A stretch of 63,349 nucleotides of DNA, counting the filler, from Diploschistes diacapsis (taxonomy: Eukaryota), in assembly GCA_023645945.1 (NCBI GenBank). It is 19 parts of 19 records of this genome, joined end to end, with 100 filler letters (N's around TTAATTAATTAA, not from the genome) between each part and the next. Parts side by side here need not be neighbours in the genome. Positions count along the whole stretch, not along the records: positions 1 to 2,076 come from JALAIB010002388.1; positions 2,177 to 4,251 come from JALAIB010002389.1; positions 4,352 to 28,771 come from JALAIB010000239.1; 16 more parts are not named here. One strand, 5' to 3'. The translations under genes were made by a program, and so were the position numbers. Shown one piece after another: positions 1-10,821 of the stretch. The number at the start of each line of letters is the position of its first letter. The first letter of the stretch is position 1. The notes beneath the pieces were generated by a model. The model saw only the letters and a program-made list of their open reading frames with translations. It was not told the origin of the DNA and searched no databases.

Positions 1-450
1 TAAACGTTATAAACCGTTTTAAAATTAATTAACCCGATTTAATATTATTCGAATCGAATAACCCGTATATTTAAATCGACGTATAATAAGTTTATAACGC
101 TTCGTAAAGAAAACCGAAAATAAAAAAACGCTTCTTAATAATTATAAAAAATATAAATTAAATAAACGAATCGAATTAAAAGATCGTTTTATATTTAATA
201 TAAACGAAATTCTTAAAATAATAATTCGAATTAAATCGAATCGAATAATTTCGAAACGATTTATAATACGTAAAAAACGTCGTCGCGTTTCTGAAATCGA
301 GGAAGATAAAGAAAAAGAACATAGATTCGATTCGGATCGATTAGATTCTAATTGCGACGAATAGGTTATATCTAAAAACCGTAGAATGTTAACGGTAATA
401 ATTTAAGGTGGCCGGAATCTAAAAGTGGCCGGAATCCCCGTCAAACACGT
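1..450 (+). mobile_element. Fot1/pogo-like (Tc1/mariner) DNA transposon, 3' end, RIP-degraded; TIR variant A
   Basis: Ends GTGGCCGGAATCTAAAAGTGGCCGGAATCCCCGTCAAACACGT followed by TA. The TIR has an internal direct repeat and an ACGT terminus, as in fungal Fot1-family elements. Reverse-complement homolog at 49664-50408. Confidence 0.85.
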
Positions 451-700
451 TAAACGAAATTCTTAAAATAACAATTCGGGTTAAATTGAATCGAATAATT
501 TTAAAACGACCTGTAACGCGTAAAAAACGTCGTCGCGTTTTTGAAATCGAGGAAGATAAAGAGGAAAATGATAGATTCGATTTAGATCGATTAGATTCTA
601 ATTACGACGAACAAATTATATCTAAAAACCGTAGAATGATAGCAGTAGTAATTTGAGGTGGCCCACTTCTGGGGGTGGCCCACTTCCCCGTCAAACACGT
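451..700 (+). mobile_element. Fot1/pogo-like transposon 3' end, TIR variant B (host of the copy ending at 450)
   Basis: Near-copy of 201-450 but the TIR core is GTGGCCCACTT twice; ends CAAACACGT then TA at 701-702. Confidence 0.85.
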
Positions 701-1025
701 TATATAAATAGTGCACAGTGATTACATGATCAGTTAACTTTTTTAAGCGAATTAAGAACGAAGACTCGAAAAAACGGATTTTTGAATCTTTTAAAATCTG
801 CTTTAACCAAGCTAAAAATACTTTATTTAAATATATCATTACGAGTGGCTTTATGCGTAAAGTTTAATAAAAATATAAAAAACCATTTTTTCGAATTTAT
901 ACAGTCGTTGTGTGGCTTTATTTTTTAAAATCCGAATGATTTTAAATAATTAGGCCATATAACGGCTAGTTTTCGCTTAATTTAAATTCTCTAAGATGAC
1001 TGAAAAATGATAAAAAAGGTCATAC
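701..1025 (+). mobile_element. Fragment (arm plus central spacer) of the foldback MITE family seen at 57849-59505
   Basis: Aligns by eye with about 58485-58790 (GACTCGAAAA...ATATATCATTA...TTGTGTGGC...ACGGCTAGTTTTCG...ATGACTGAAAAATGAT). Confidence 0.75.
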
Positions 1026-1260
1026 TATAAACACAAGGCGCGCTGTCTAGGGAGACTTCCCTTGCTGTAGTAGGTAGATAGTCGTAGGTGGTGTAGTAGG
1101 GGAATGTAGTGTGTTCTCGTAGTCAACAGCATACCTAAGTAGGACATTTGTGAGGTGTAGGATGCATTAATTGTCTAGAGCTACCTAGCAGGCCTCCTTA
1201 AATGGAGCTGCCCTATAAGAACCACCCTTATCAAATCTGCGGCCTACTTTTATATTTATA
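1026..1260 (-). mobile_element. LTR (about 235 bp) of a RIP-degraded LTR retrotransposon
   Basis: Reverse complement of 48478-48713; termini TATAAACACA...TATATTTATA, consistent with RIP-mutated TGTAAACACA...TGTGTTTACA. Homology with the 48349 contig extends inward to about 1391. Orientation inferred from an A-rich, PPT-like tract. Confidence 0.6.
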
Positions 1261-2076
1261 TACGATCTTTTTTTTTAATAGTTCGCTATCCTATAACGAA
1301 CTTTATATAAATCTTATTAATAGGGAATCTCTATCTCGTTATCTTTATATCTTTAATATAGTCCTATATTTCTCCGGCAACTAAAATACCTAGAAGTTTA
1401 TTATTCTTAATATTCCTTCCTCGACGTAGCCGTGCTTTTGGATCTATTTTTCTTTACTTCATTCTTCCAAACACAACTAAATAGAACAACGGTATTTATC
1501 TAAAAACATCTTTATTTCCGACCGTATTTATATCATCCGTAAATGTTCCGCCCGACAAATACAATTAACAACATATCCTCTTCTTTTCTTTTCTTTCACC
1601 TCTTCCTTCGTCACTTCTCTCGAGCAGACAATAGTAAGTAAGCAGGTCGATACATAAACAATAAGTAGGTAAGAAAGTACCAAATAAGAAAATCAATCAC
1701 ATAAAAAAATTTATAAGCAAGAAAGCACCAAATAAGTAGATAGGTAAGTAAACATGTTATAAAATAGCAGATAAATAAACAATCACGCAAGCAAGTAAAT
1801 AATATTTTTTTTATTAAAGGTTCCTAGGGTTTTATAATGTTAACTCCAACTCCTAGCTATGTAATCTTTAATTAAAATAACTTTATTTTTCTTTAAATTT
1901 TCTTTATATTTCTTTTTTTTTATTTATAATTTAAATATTTATAAATTTATCTTTAATATCCAATCCTTAATCCTATTTTATATTTATTTTTTTATAAGAT
2001 CCTTTTCGTTTCTTTCCTTTTTATCTTTTCTAAATTCTACTTCCTTTATATTTAAATCAAGATTATCTATTTAATC

Positions 2077-2176
2077 NNNNNNNNNNNNNNNNNNNNNNNN
2101 NNNNNNNNNNNNNNNNNNNNTTAATTAATTAANNNNNNNNNNNNNNNNNNNNNNNNNNNNNNNNNNNNNNNNNNNN
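2077..2176. other. Artificial contig linker (44 N + TTAATTAATTAA + 44 N); 18 copies in the window
   Basis: Identical 100-nt spacer with stops in all frames starting at 2077, 4252, 28772, 30945, 33113, 35278, 37443, 39606, 41769, 43929, 46089, 48249, 50409, 52568, 54727, 56885, 59041, 61196. The short contigs run in non-increasing size order, 2076 down to 2054 nt. Confidence 0.98.
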
Positions 2177-2329
2177 AAATTTTAAAATATTAATACTAAC
2201 ACGGACACTGCATTTTCGTGAATCTACGGACACGGATACCGTAGCTAAAAAATCTAAAACACGGACATTGACACTGTCAGTGTCCGTGTTATTGACACGG
2301 CCGTGTCAGTATCAGTAACGGCCAGCCTA
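2177..2329. mobile_element. hAT-family terminus with subterminal ACACGGAC repeats
   Basis: Ends GTAACGGCCAGCCTA, the reverse complement of the TIR TAGGCTGGCCGTCAC at 31550 and 59570. Confidence 0.85.
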
Positions 2330-2565
2330 AATAGAACTCTCATGCATAATCTTCACGCTTTAAAAGTATAACGCGGTCAAAAATGTCTGTAAATCGATAG
2401 ACAATTTAATGTAATATATATCCATATCGGTGTCCATTACACGTAAATACAATCAAACCTAAAAAATATCGTGTGTTATCCAATAATAAGCGTTTTGACT
2501 TAAAACGAAAACAGCATAAGCAAGAAAGCCCTACCACAGAACTCGTATTCTAATAAACAGTATAT

Positions 2566-3744
2566 CTAGCGAGCTTTATCTCTTTGAATCTCAGTATGAA
2601 TGTCGTAGTAGTTGACCCAGTCAGAAGACTCTGGGTTGATAAGCTGTTTCAACCATATCTTGTTCCTACAAGCTTCGCTGAGTAACTGAAGCATGGCACG
2701 GCTCGAAGTAAACCATTGACTTGCACATTCTCCCCTTTCCAGCTTCCACACTTCAATCTCGCTCTTGTCTTTCAGGCTATCGAATATATCCTGACTATGA
2801 GCGCAAAGTGGACCGACGCACCAGGTAGAACCAGAGATATAATCGAACCTATCATCGAGCATTATCCCTGGCTTTCTATTACTCCAGACGAAGTCACGCC
2901 AGACATCGCCATACACTTCAACCTTAGATGCCAACAGCTCTTGAGGAACGGCCAAGGTCATAATCTCCACGGGAACTACTTTTCCATCAACAACTTTTGC
3001 TTTCCAATGTGCATACTCCCATGCTGCTTTGTGTTGAGTAGTTAAGTAAAGGCCGAGGGTGGTTTCACTAAAGTCTCCTGGAGGAGAGCTCAAAATAGAT
3101 GGGTGTCGAAAATTCAAGGCTCCGTCTTTCATGATGAATCCTTTAAGACTTTGCATTGATCCCCCTTTAAAGAAAATCTTGTGAAGGGGTTGGACCGAGG
3201 AGGGAAGCTCAGATTCGATGGCGACAATTGGCGGCTGCGATGGCCCTCCTGTCAAGGTGGTATCCTCGGACAGATTAAATGTCGAGACCCAATCATCACT
3301 CTGAGGCCATGCATCTTCGATAGGAGAGTGCCTGATCGCGGCAGTCGCAAAGTGTATTAGCGATGTATTAAACGGCCCAGGGACCTCGTGCCCATCTTGA
3401 TATCTCTTGAAAACCCTTTGAAAACCCTTCTCATTCAGCCCACAGAATCGCAGTGACTCAACGGAATTCAGAAACTCGGGCAATTCAACATCAACAATAC
3501 TTTCTGAAGAGTCGATTGATTCCGGCGTCAACCAACTTGGACTAGAGACCCTCCGTACTTCGTTCGACACCGGGGAACAACCAGGTACCTGAGACTCCAA
3601 CACCGCGAGTGCCCTCTTCGGATAAAATGGCTTGCCGCGTCGGGTGAAGGATATAGGGTGGCGTCGTCTCCATACCTGCTTGATAATAGGAAACTCTATC
3701 AAACTAATGAAAGTTTCAGACTGCAGATTTGAACAGAATTGCAA
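2566..3744 (-). CDS. Hypothetical protein with C-terminal DUF3990-like (ADP-ribosyltransferase-fold) domain; true start and introns uncertain
   Basis: 392-codon ORF with normal GC between AT-rich TE flanks. Motifs FFKGGS, GDFS..LGLYLT...AAWEYA, WRDFVWSNR, VGPLC and QWFTSS.AM.LL follow the DUF3990 order. The listed start is not ATG. Confidence 0.65.
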   Translation of the reverse strand: MQFCSNLQSETFISLIEFPIIKQVWRRRHPISFTRRGKPFYPKRALAVLESQVPGCSPVSNEVRRVSSPSWLTPESIDSSESIVDVELPEFLNSVESLRFCGLNEKGFQRVFKRYQDGHEVPGPFNTSLIHFATAAIRHSPIEDAWPQSDDWVSTFNLSEDTTLTGGPSQPPIVAIESELPSSVQPLHKIFFKGGSMQSLKGFIMKDGALNFRHPSILSSPPGDFSETTLGLYLTTQHKAAWEYAHWKAKVVDGKVVPVEIMTLAVPQELLASKVEVYGDVWRDFVWSNRKPGIMLDDRFDYISGSTWCVGPLCAHSQDIFDSLKDKSEIEVWKLERGECASQWFTSSRAMLQLLSEACRNKIWLKQLINPESSDWVNYYDIHTEIQRDKAR

Positions 3745-4351
3745 AACGTGAAGTGGCGCAGACGGTTGGAAAGGCTAAAAAATTGAGAGGGAGAAGTGAG
3801 GTTTTGGTGATATTGGTCACTTACGGGGCCGATTTACAAGGCCGGTACTGGCAAAATGCTTCAGGGCTCGGACCCGGTTCCATCGTGCTTGCATCATGTA
3901 GGCTGCGAGATAACTTTAATTGCGATAGATGTAGCCACACACTTTGAAGACATCATGCAATCGAATCAAGAGGGCAATTAGGAATCGTCCACGTCAAGAA
4001 TCACCACAAGTATCATCTATTGGGTGTCTTCCACCTTACCCGTGGCTGGCTAATCATCCTCTCCGTCTTCTGTACTTGGCTTATAGTTAGGATCGTGCTC
4101 TTCCTTCCCAGATTCCTGTTTCTTTATCCTTTCTTTTACATCTCTTTAGCGTTCCTTTATAAAATCTCGCCGATTTAAATATAACGCTTTATCGAATATA
4201 TATTACGATAAAAAAAACGATATATTTATTTTCTTCTTTACGATAATAAAGNNNNNNNNNNNNNNNNNNNNNNNNNNNNNNNNNNNNNNNNNNNNTTAAT
4301 TAATTAANNNNNNNNNNNNNNNNNNNNNNNNNNNNNNNNNNNNNNNNNNNN

Positions 4352-5817
4352 GGCCCGGCCCCTCCTCCCCATCCCAATCGAAGATCTCCCTCAGCGCCTG
4401 CGCCCCCCTCGCCTTGAAATGCGGATACTTCTCAAACACGCTGCCGTCCGCACCGACGTGGCAGCTCTCGATCCCCTTCTTCTTGCAAATGGCCGCGATG
4501 CCGCACGCCGACAGCCGCGCGGCGCGCGTCCCGATCAGCTCCGCGAGCCGGCGGCACAGCTCGAGCTCCGGCTTGGAGGCCTCGATGCCGAGCTTGTGTC
4601 GCAGCAGGTCCGCCGTCTCGGACAGGTTCTCGAAGGGGTCCTCCTCGATCAGCGACAGGAAGCTGGCGTCGAGCGAGTAGGGCCTGTGCAGGGGGGTGAG
4701 GGAGAGGTCCCGGTTGGGGAAGAGGGCGGTGTTCGGGCGCGAGTGAAGGTCCAGCACCGCGAGCCGGAAGAGTTCGCCCAGGTAGAGGCCCGCGATCATT
4801 TTCTCGAAGGCTTGCTGGCCTGGCCGGGGCGAGTCGCGGTCGATGAGCGCGTCGTAGGGCGTGTGCGGGAGGACGACGTGCTCGTTGTCGAAGGCGCCGT
4901 ATTCGCAGTTTATGGCGACGGGGAGGTCCGGTGGGAGGTCGTGGTGGGCGAGTTTCGGGATCGAGCCGGCGTCTTCCATGTACGCGGCGTTGCAGCCCGT
5001 GCCGAAGATGGCGCCGATGCGGGTCGCCGGGTCGACGTAGTTGGAGGCGATGAGCGTGCCGGTGGTGTCGTTGATCAGGGCGGTTACTTTGGTGGGGAGG
5101 CCGCGTTTGCTTAGCGCGGCTTCCAACATGGGCACCACGTCGTGGCCCTCCACGCCGGCGATGTCGAAGCCCTTGGTCCAGCGCTGGAGCACGCCGTGGT
5201 CGATGTAGTCCTGCGTGCACGGGTACGAGAAGGTGAAGCCGAGTGGGACAGTGCCCAAGTCTCCGTCCTCGTGGTGGTACTCGATGAATTGTTGCACGCA
5301 GTCGGCGATGTACTCCCATAGCTCCTCCGACTGCCCGACCTTGAGCTCCTCCGGCATCCGGTACTTGGACTGGATGATGTCGAACTCGCCCTTCTCTTCG
5401 GGGAGGATGATCTCGCAGACCCGGAGGTTCGTGCCGCCCATGTCGAGGGCGAGGAAGGTTCCGGTCTCGTCGCCGGTCGGGTAGCCCATCACCCAGGTCA
5501 CGTTCATTGGCTGCAGAGCTCGTTAACAGAATAATTGCGCAGTTGTCCTGCGAGTGCCGAGTGCCGTACGATGCTGCCCCCCTCCACGCTGAGACCTTTC
5601 TCAAGCTCCTTGACGAAGTGGTTCACGATCTCTTTCAGCTTGGGCCCGTCGACTGTGAAGAGCTCCTCTAGCTCCTTGATCTGCTCGAGCAGGTCTTTGG
5701 GCACATCCGCCATCGATCCTGTTTACAGTATGCATAAGCTACGACTACTCGGCCTGGTATTTTTCGAGGAGACGTACCCCTTCGGGATGGAGGCTTCCTC
5801 GGCCAAAGCCTAACCAT
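4352..5817 (-). CDS. HXK1: Hexokinase (3' truncated at contig edge); exons 5817-5778, 5718-5570, 5510-4352
   Basis: Spliced N-terminus MVRLWPRKPPSRRGSMADVPKDL resembles yeast Hxk. Motifs LALDMGGTNLRV, LGFTFSYP, WTKGF, INDTTGT, IFGTGCNAAY, GADGSVF. Two 59-nt GT-AG introns (5777-5719, 5569-5511). Confidence 0.96.
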
Positions 5818-6853
5818 CTTGACTGAGTCCAAGCTGTTTGGTCTGTGCCACTCGGATGTCCAATATTGCGTTGCGATAGAATCGCTGCGAATGCGCGGGA
5901 GGCCTCCTGGGTATTATGGGTACTTCCAGGTAAGACGCATTTCGGGAAGGTCAACAAGAAACGGTATGCACAAAATAACAATATGAGCACTGCGATGAGA
6001 TGAATCTCAGTCGCAGATGATAAACCCCACCATCAGAGCTTTCAAATCAAAAGAGCCCCCACGTCACTGCTCATTACTTACTACTTACTACTCGTTCAGT
6101 CAGCACGCTCAAAGCTTCAGTAAGCGAACATGAAGCAAGCGATTTACGGCTTCAGCGAAAAGGCTTGATGGTGGACTGGCTGTGGCGGCCGCATAGCGGA
6201 TAGCCAGGCTAGCTATTCGCAGCACCCTTATCAATCTTGCATTGTTATTGGGCGTAAGAGACAGCAAATCTGTCTGTCCAATGTCAACAAATAGCCACAG
6301 CAGTTAACTGAAACAAGCGATACGATACGCGCTGCTTAGGGCGGGCGCGTGGAGAAACACAAACGAGACAGAACGAGACAAGTAAGTCACTGATTGATTG
6401 ATTGACATCATCCGGCAGGATCACAGGGGGAAAGGAACAATCATGTCTGACGGTTATTCTGCGTATATTACCACGAGCGAAGGTATCGTACTGTAAGCTA
6501 CTGTATCTATTCTTATAAGACATCGCTTCCCGTTTGCACTGTCCTCGAAGCACTAGCCGACACTTTCACTGGTAATGTACTGTTAGAATAGTCACACTAG
6601 ACACACTTTAAGCAGTGGTAGACCCTGGACCAACCCCTTCTACTTATTATTATTATTATTATCACAGTTTTTGCAATTCCAGGTTTCCTATCATACTACT
6701 TTACTCCGATACCACCCCTTATTCACTATTACTTTCTACCCTATCTTGCTTCGCTCCAAACTCGCTATACATCTTCCCCCGCCTTCGTTGGCAACTGAGT
6801 CGCTATAGTCATGATGCAGAGCAGGACTCCTTAACCATCACAGCTTGCCCGCG

Positions 6854-9800
6854 ATGACGAGCACCACCAGCTCCCCTTGTGCCACTGGAACAGCAGCTTC
6901 GCTAGCTGATGGATTGAACTGTGCAAATCTCGCCTCTTCTAGGAACGTGGGTTCCGTCGGCGCCTTCCTGTCTTCGCTGGTAACCTCCATCGTTGTGTTT
7001 GCTGTCCAGGTCCTTATCTTCCTGATCATCAAGGGAAAGCTGCCTCGCATCTAGTGAGTACCGACCAGTATCACGTATTTTGTCTCTCACTAACTTACCC
7101 TTCAAGCAATCCCAGGTCTTACCTAGTCTCCGAAAAGGAACGCGTAGCAGCCCCTCAAGCTGGACTATGGCGCTGGGCCGTCCCCATCTTTCAAACGAGC
7201 AATTCCGAATTCATCCAGAAATGCGGACTCGACGCCTACTTCTTTATTCGATACCTCCGCATGCTCCTTAAGATCTTCCTTCCTCTCACGATACTCATCG
7301 TGCCCATTCTCATCTCTGTCAACGCAGTTGGAGGCCGTGGATCGGACCTCAACCATTACCAGCCCTATAGTTTGAACGCCTCTGCGTGGCCAGGCGTGGT
7401 AGGCCTGAATGCGTTTTCGTGGGGCAATGTTCGACCAGATCAACCTAATCGCTATTGGGCTCATCTCATCATGGCAGTGATAGTCATCGCCTACTGCTGT
7501 TATACCTTCTTCGACGAGCTCAGAGGCTACGTTCGACTCCGACAAGCATACCTTGCCTCTCCCCAGCACCGTCTCCGTGCCTCTGCAACGACCGTGTTAG
7601 TCTCCGGAATACCTAGAAAATGGTGCACGGCGGAAGCTCTTGACGGCCTGTACGACGTCTTTCCAGGGGGGATACGGAACATCTGGATAAATCGCAACTT
7701 TGACGAATTGAACGAGAAGGTCAAGCTGCGCAACGACATGGCAATGAAACTCGAGGATGCAATGACCAACCTGATCAAGAACGCTAAAAAGGCACATATT
7801 AAGGAACTGCAAAAAGAGGCTAAAAAGTCTGGACAGAAGATGAGCAAGAAAGAGAAGGCCGTTGAGAGGAAGGAAGAAGACAACAAGGCGGCTGCCATGG
7901 CGGATGCTGAAGCATCTGAACCAGGCGACCTGCGGCAGGAACAGTACGGCGAAGGGGTCCTTGGCGAGAACGCCGAAGTTGGCTCCCAGCATTCAGTCAA
8001 CAGGCCAGAAGACGAGCGCCCAATACTGCCCGTATCAATTCCCGTAATCGGCCGGGGCGTTGAGGCGGTCGGAGCGGGCGTTACGAACCTTGGGAAGACT
8101 GTATTCGGTGGCATTATGAACGTGGGCCGTGAAGTCGATCATGTTTTGAGCACTACTCAAGGATTCGAGAGTTCTACAGACGATCTTGCTAGGCAAGGCG
8201 ATGCAGCCAAAGAGTTCGGCTCAGCCGGTCATCGACATCAATCCCCAGACTCACCCACCAATAATCGTCTTTCTCCGAAGACGGCTCAACTTCAAGACAC
8301 TCAGCAGAGCACGCGCCATTCGACTTTGGAAGAAGGGTTTGCTAACAGCGCTCTCGCAGGTGGTGAAGGCCAACACGTTTCGGAACCCAACGTCAACCTT
8401 CATGATAATAAGCCAATGTTTGGAGAAAAGAAAGTACCTGAGAATGGCGATCGAGCACCTGAGAACAGGCCCGCCACTGCTGATTCGAGTAAGCTTAACA
8501 CAACACCTCTGCACGGGAAAACGAAGTATGCATTCTGGAGGCAGCCACGGAATGCAATTCCTGTTCCCAATCCTCTTCCTCACGGCTATCGGCCAGAAGA
8601 TGCACAGCTCTACGCTGCTCCAAAATCTAGCAAGCATTGGTGGGAGTTCTGGAAAGCAGAGAAACCAACGGAGCAAGAGGATTATCCTGATGCGTACGAC
8701 AAAGAATACGATCCTAATGAAGGCGATGCCGTATGGAAACAGTATGTCGAGCCCAAGAATCGAGACACAACGAGGTTGCCGATATTCGGCATACAAGCGC
8801 TGTCATGGCTCCCTTTTGTGGGTGAAAAGGTCGATACCATCGATTACTGCCGAAAGGAGCTGGCCAGGCTCAACCTCGAAATCGAGCACGACCAGAAGGA
8901 GCCCGAAAAGTACCCTCTGATGAACTCGGCATTCATCCAGTTCAACCATCAAGTCGCTGCGCACATGGCATGTCAGGCCGTCAGCCACCACATCCCGATG
9001 CAGATGGCTCCACGAGCTGTGGAGATATCCCCAAAGGATGTACTCTGGAACAATATGTCGATCAAGTGGTGGGAAAGATGGATCCGAACATTCCTGATCC
9101 TTACTCTCGTCGCCGGCCTCGTTATCGGCTGGGCCGTGCCCGTCGCCTTCACGGGGCTACTTTCGAATGTCACTGCGCTTGCCAATCTTTCGCCAGGGTT
9201 AGCGTGGCTGAAAACTCTTCCCTCGGCTGTGCAGGGGATCATTCAAGGTGTCTTGCCACCTGTCTTGCTGGCGATTCTGCTTATTCTCCTTCCATTGGTC
9301 CTGAACCTGCTTGCCAGACTCCAGGGTGTCTCGACAGGTACAGCGGCTCAGCTTGCGTGTGGGTGGTACTACTTTTTCTTTTTGTTCGTCCAAGTGTTCC
9401 TGGTCGTGACGATAGCTGCCTCGATCACACAAATCATACCCCAAGTCCACAACCAGGGAACGAGCCTGAGCTTCATCCCCAATTTGTTGGCCAACAACAT
9501 TCCAAACGCAGCCAACTACTTCTTCTCCTACATACTGCTGCAAGCTTTAAGTACCAGTGCGGGTGTTCTTGTGCAGGTGTTTGGCCTGCTGGGATGGTTT
9601 GTATTTGCACCGTTGTTCGACAGCACTGCTAGACAGAAATGGAAGCGCCAAATCAGCCTGCCCACCGTCGATTGGGGTACATTCTTCCCCATATATACCA
9701 ACTTCGCGTGCATAGGCCTCATCTATAGCTGTATCGCCCCGCTGATGCTGCTCTTCCTCATCATCACCTTCAGCCTCTTCTGGTTCGTCTACCGCTACCA

Positions 9801-10821
9801 AACGCTCTATATTACCAAGTTCGACCAGGACACCGGCGGCCTGCTGTTCCCGCAAGCGATCAACCAGCTCTTCGTCGGCCTCTACGTCATGGAACTTGCC
9901 CTTATCGGCCTCTTCTCGCTTGTGTCAGGCGTCGATCCCGTAACCGGATCGCCTGCGGGCAGCCCCTGCACCGCGCAAGCTGTCATAATGGCTTTCGTCC
10001 TCATCTGCACCATCGTCTACCAGACACTCCTCAATCACTCTTTCGGTCCTCTCCTTCGCTACCTCCCTATAACGCTAGAAGACGACGCCGTGATCCGCGA
10101 CCAAGAGTTCGCCCGCGCCCAAGACAAGAAACCGCTCCTCGACGAAAATGAGAAGCCCGGGGACGACATCAACGACGTCCTCGAGGACCGCGAGCGCCAG
10201 TCCGAAGAAGCCGACCGCCAAGCCGAAGCCCTGGAGCTGCGCGACATCCAGCGCCGCAAGTCGCGGCGCCTCAACCCCATGCTCCTCGCCGCCGCCGTGC
10301 CAGAGGCCGTCTCGAAGATCATACCCGGCCGCGAAGCCTGGCGCACCCGCTCCCGCTCCCGCGACCGGCAACGGACCGACTCGTCGGCCAACTGGGTGTA
10401 CTCGCGCCAGAACGCGCACGCGGTCGACGTCAACGCCAAGCCGGACGAGTTGATCCGGCAGCACCGGCTGCGGCACGCGGCGCACGCGTCGCGGCAGGAC
10501 GCGGAAGCCAACCCGAACGCCTCCATCGCCGAGGCGCTGTTCGCGGGCATCAACGACGAGATCGAGGACCTGACGCCGGACGAGCGCGACATTCTGGTGC
10601 GGAGGGCGTTCCAGCACGAGGCGCTGCGGGCGCGGCGGCCGGTCATCTGGATCCCCAGGGACGAGCTGGGCGTCAGCGAGGACGAGATGGGCCGGATGCG
10701 GAGGCTCGGCGGCGAGTATCTGCCCGTCAGCAACGAGCACGCGGCGCTGGACCACAGGGGGAAGGTGGTGTATCGGAAGAGTCCGCCGGATTTTTCGGAG
10801 CTGGATCTGATCCAGCTCTGA
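6854..10821 (+). CDS. OSCA/TMEM63 (CSC1/RSN1/PHM7 family) osmosensitive cation channel; exons 6854-7053, 7107-10821
   Basis: Intron 7054-7106 (GTGAGT...CTAAC...AAG) restores RIYNPRSYL. Motifs GLDAYFFIRYL, TVLVSGIP, KVDTIDY, SAFIQFN, P.DVLW.N, multi-TM block, and WIPRDELGVS tail. Confidence 0.95.

Noticed and set aside
1800..2076. Possible LINE 3' end on the minus strand (AATAAAAAAAA)
   Set aside because: Only an A-tract in degraded sequence; no RT remnant or second copy to confirm.
2077..2176. Regularly recurring TTAATTAATTAA palindrome and ORFs ending in X...LIN
   Set aside because: Artificial linker between contigs; it is not biological, and no gene neighbourhood can be inferred across it.
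4419..5604. Long alternative-frame and antisense ORFs over hexokinase (likewise 10059-10755, 27360-28307, 38062-38784)
   Set aside because: Shadow ORFs caused by high GC3 in real genes.
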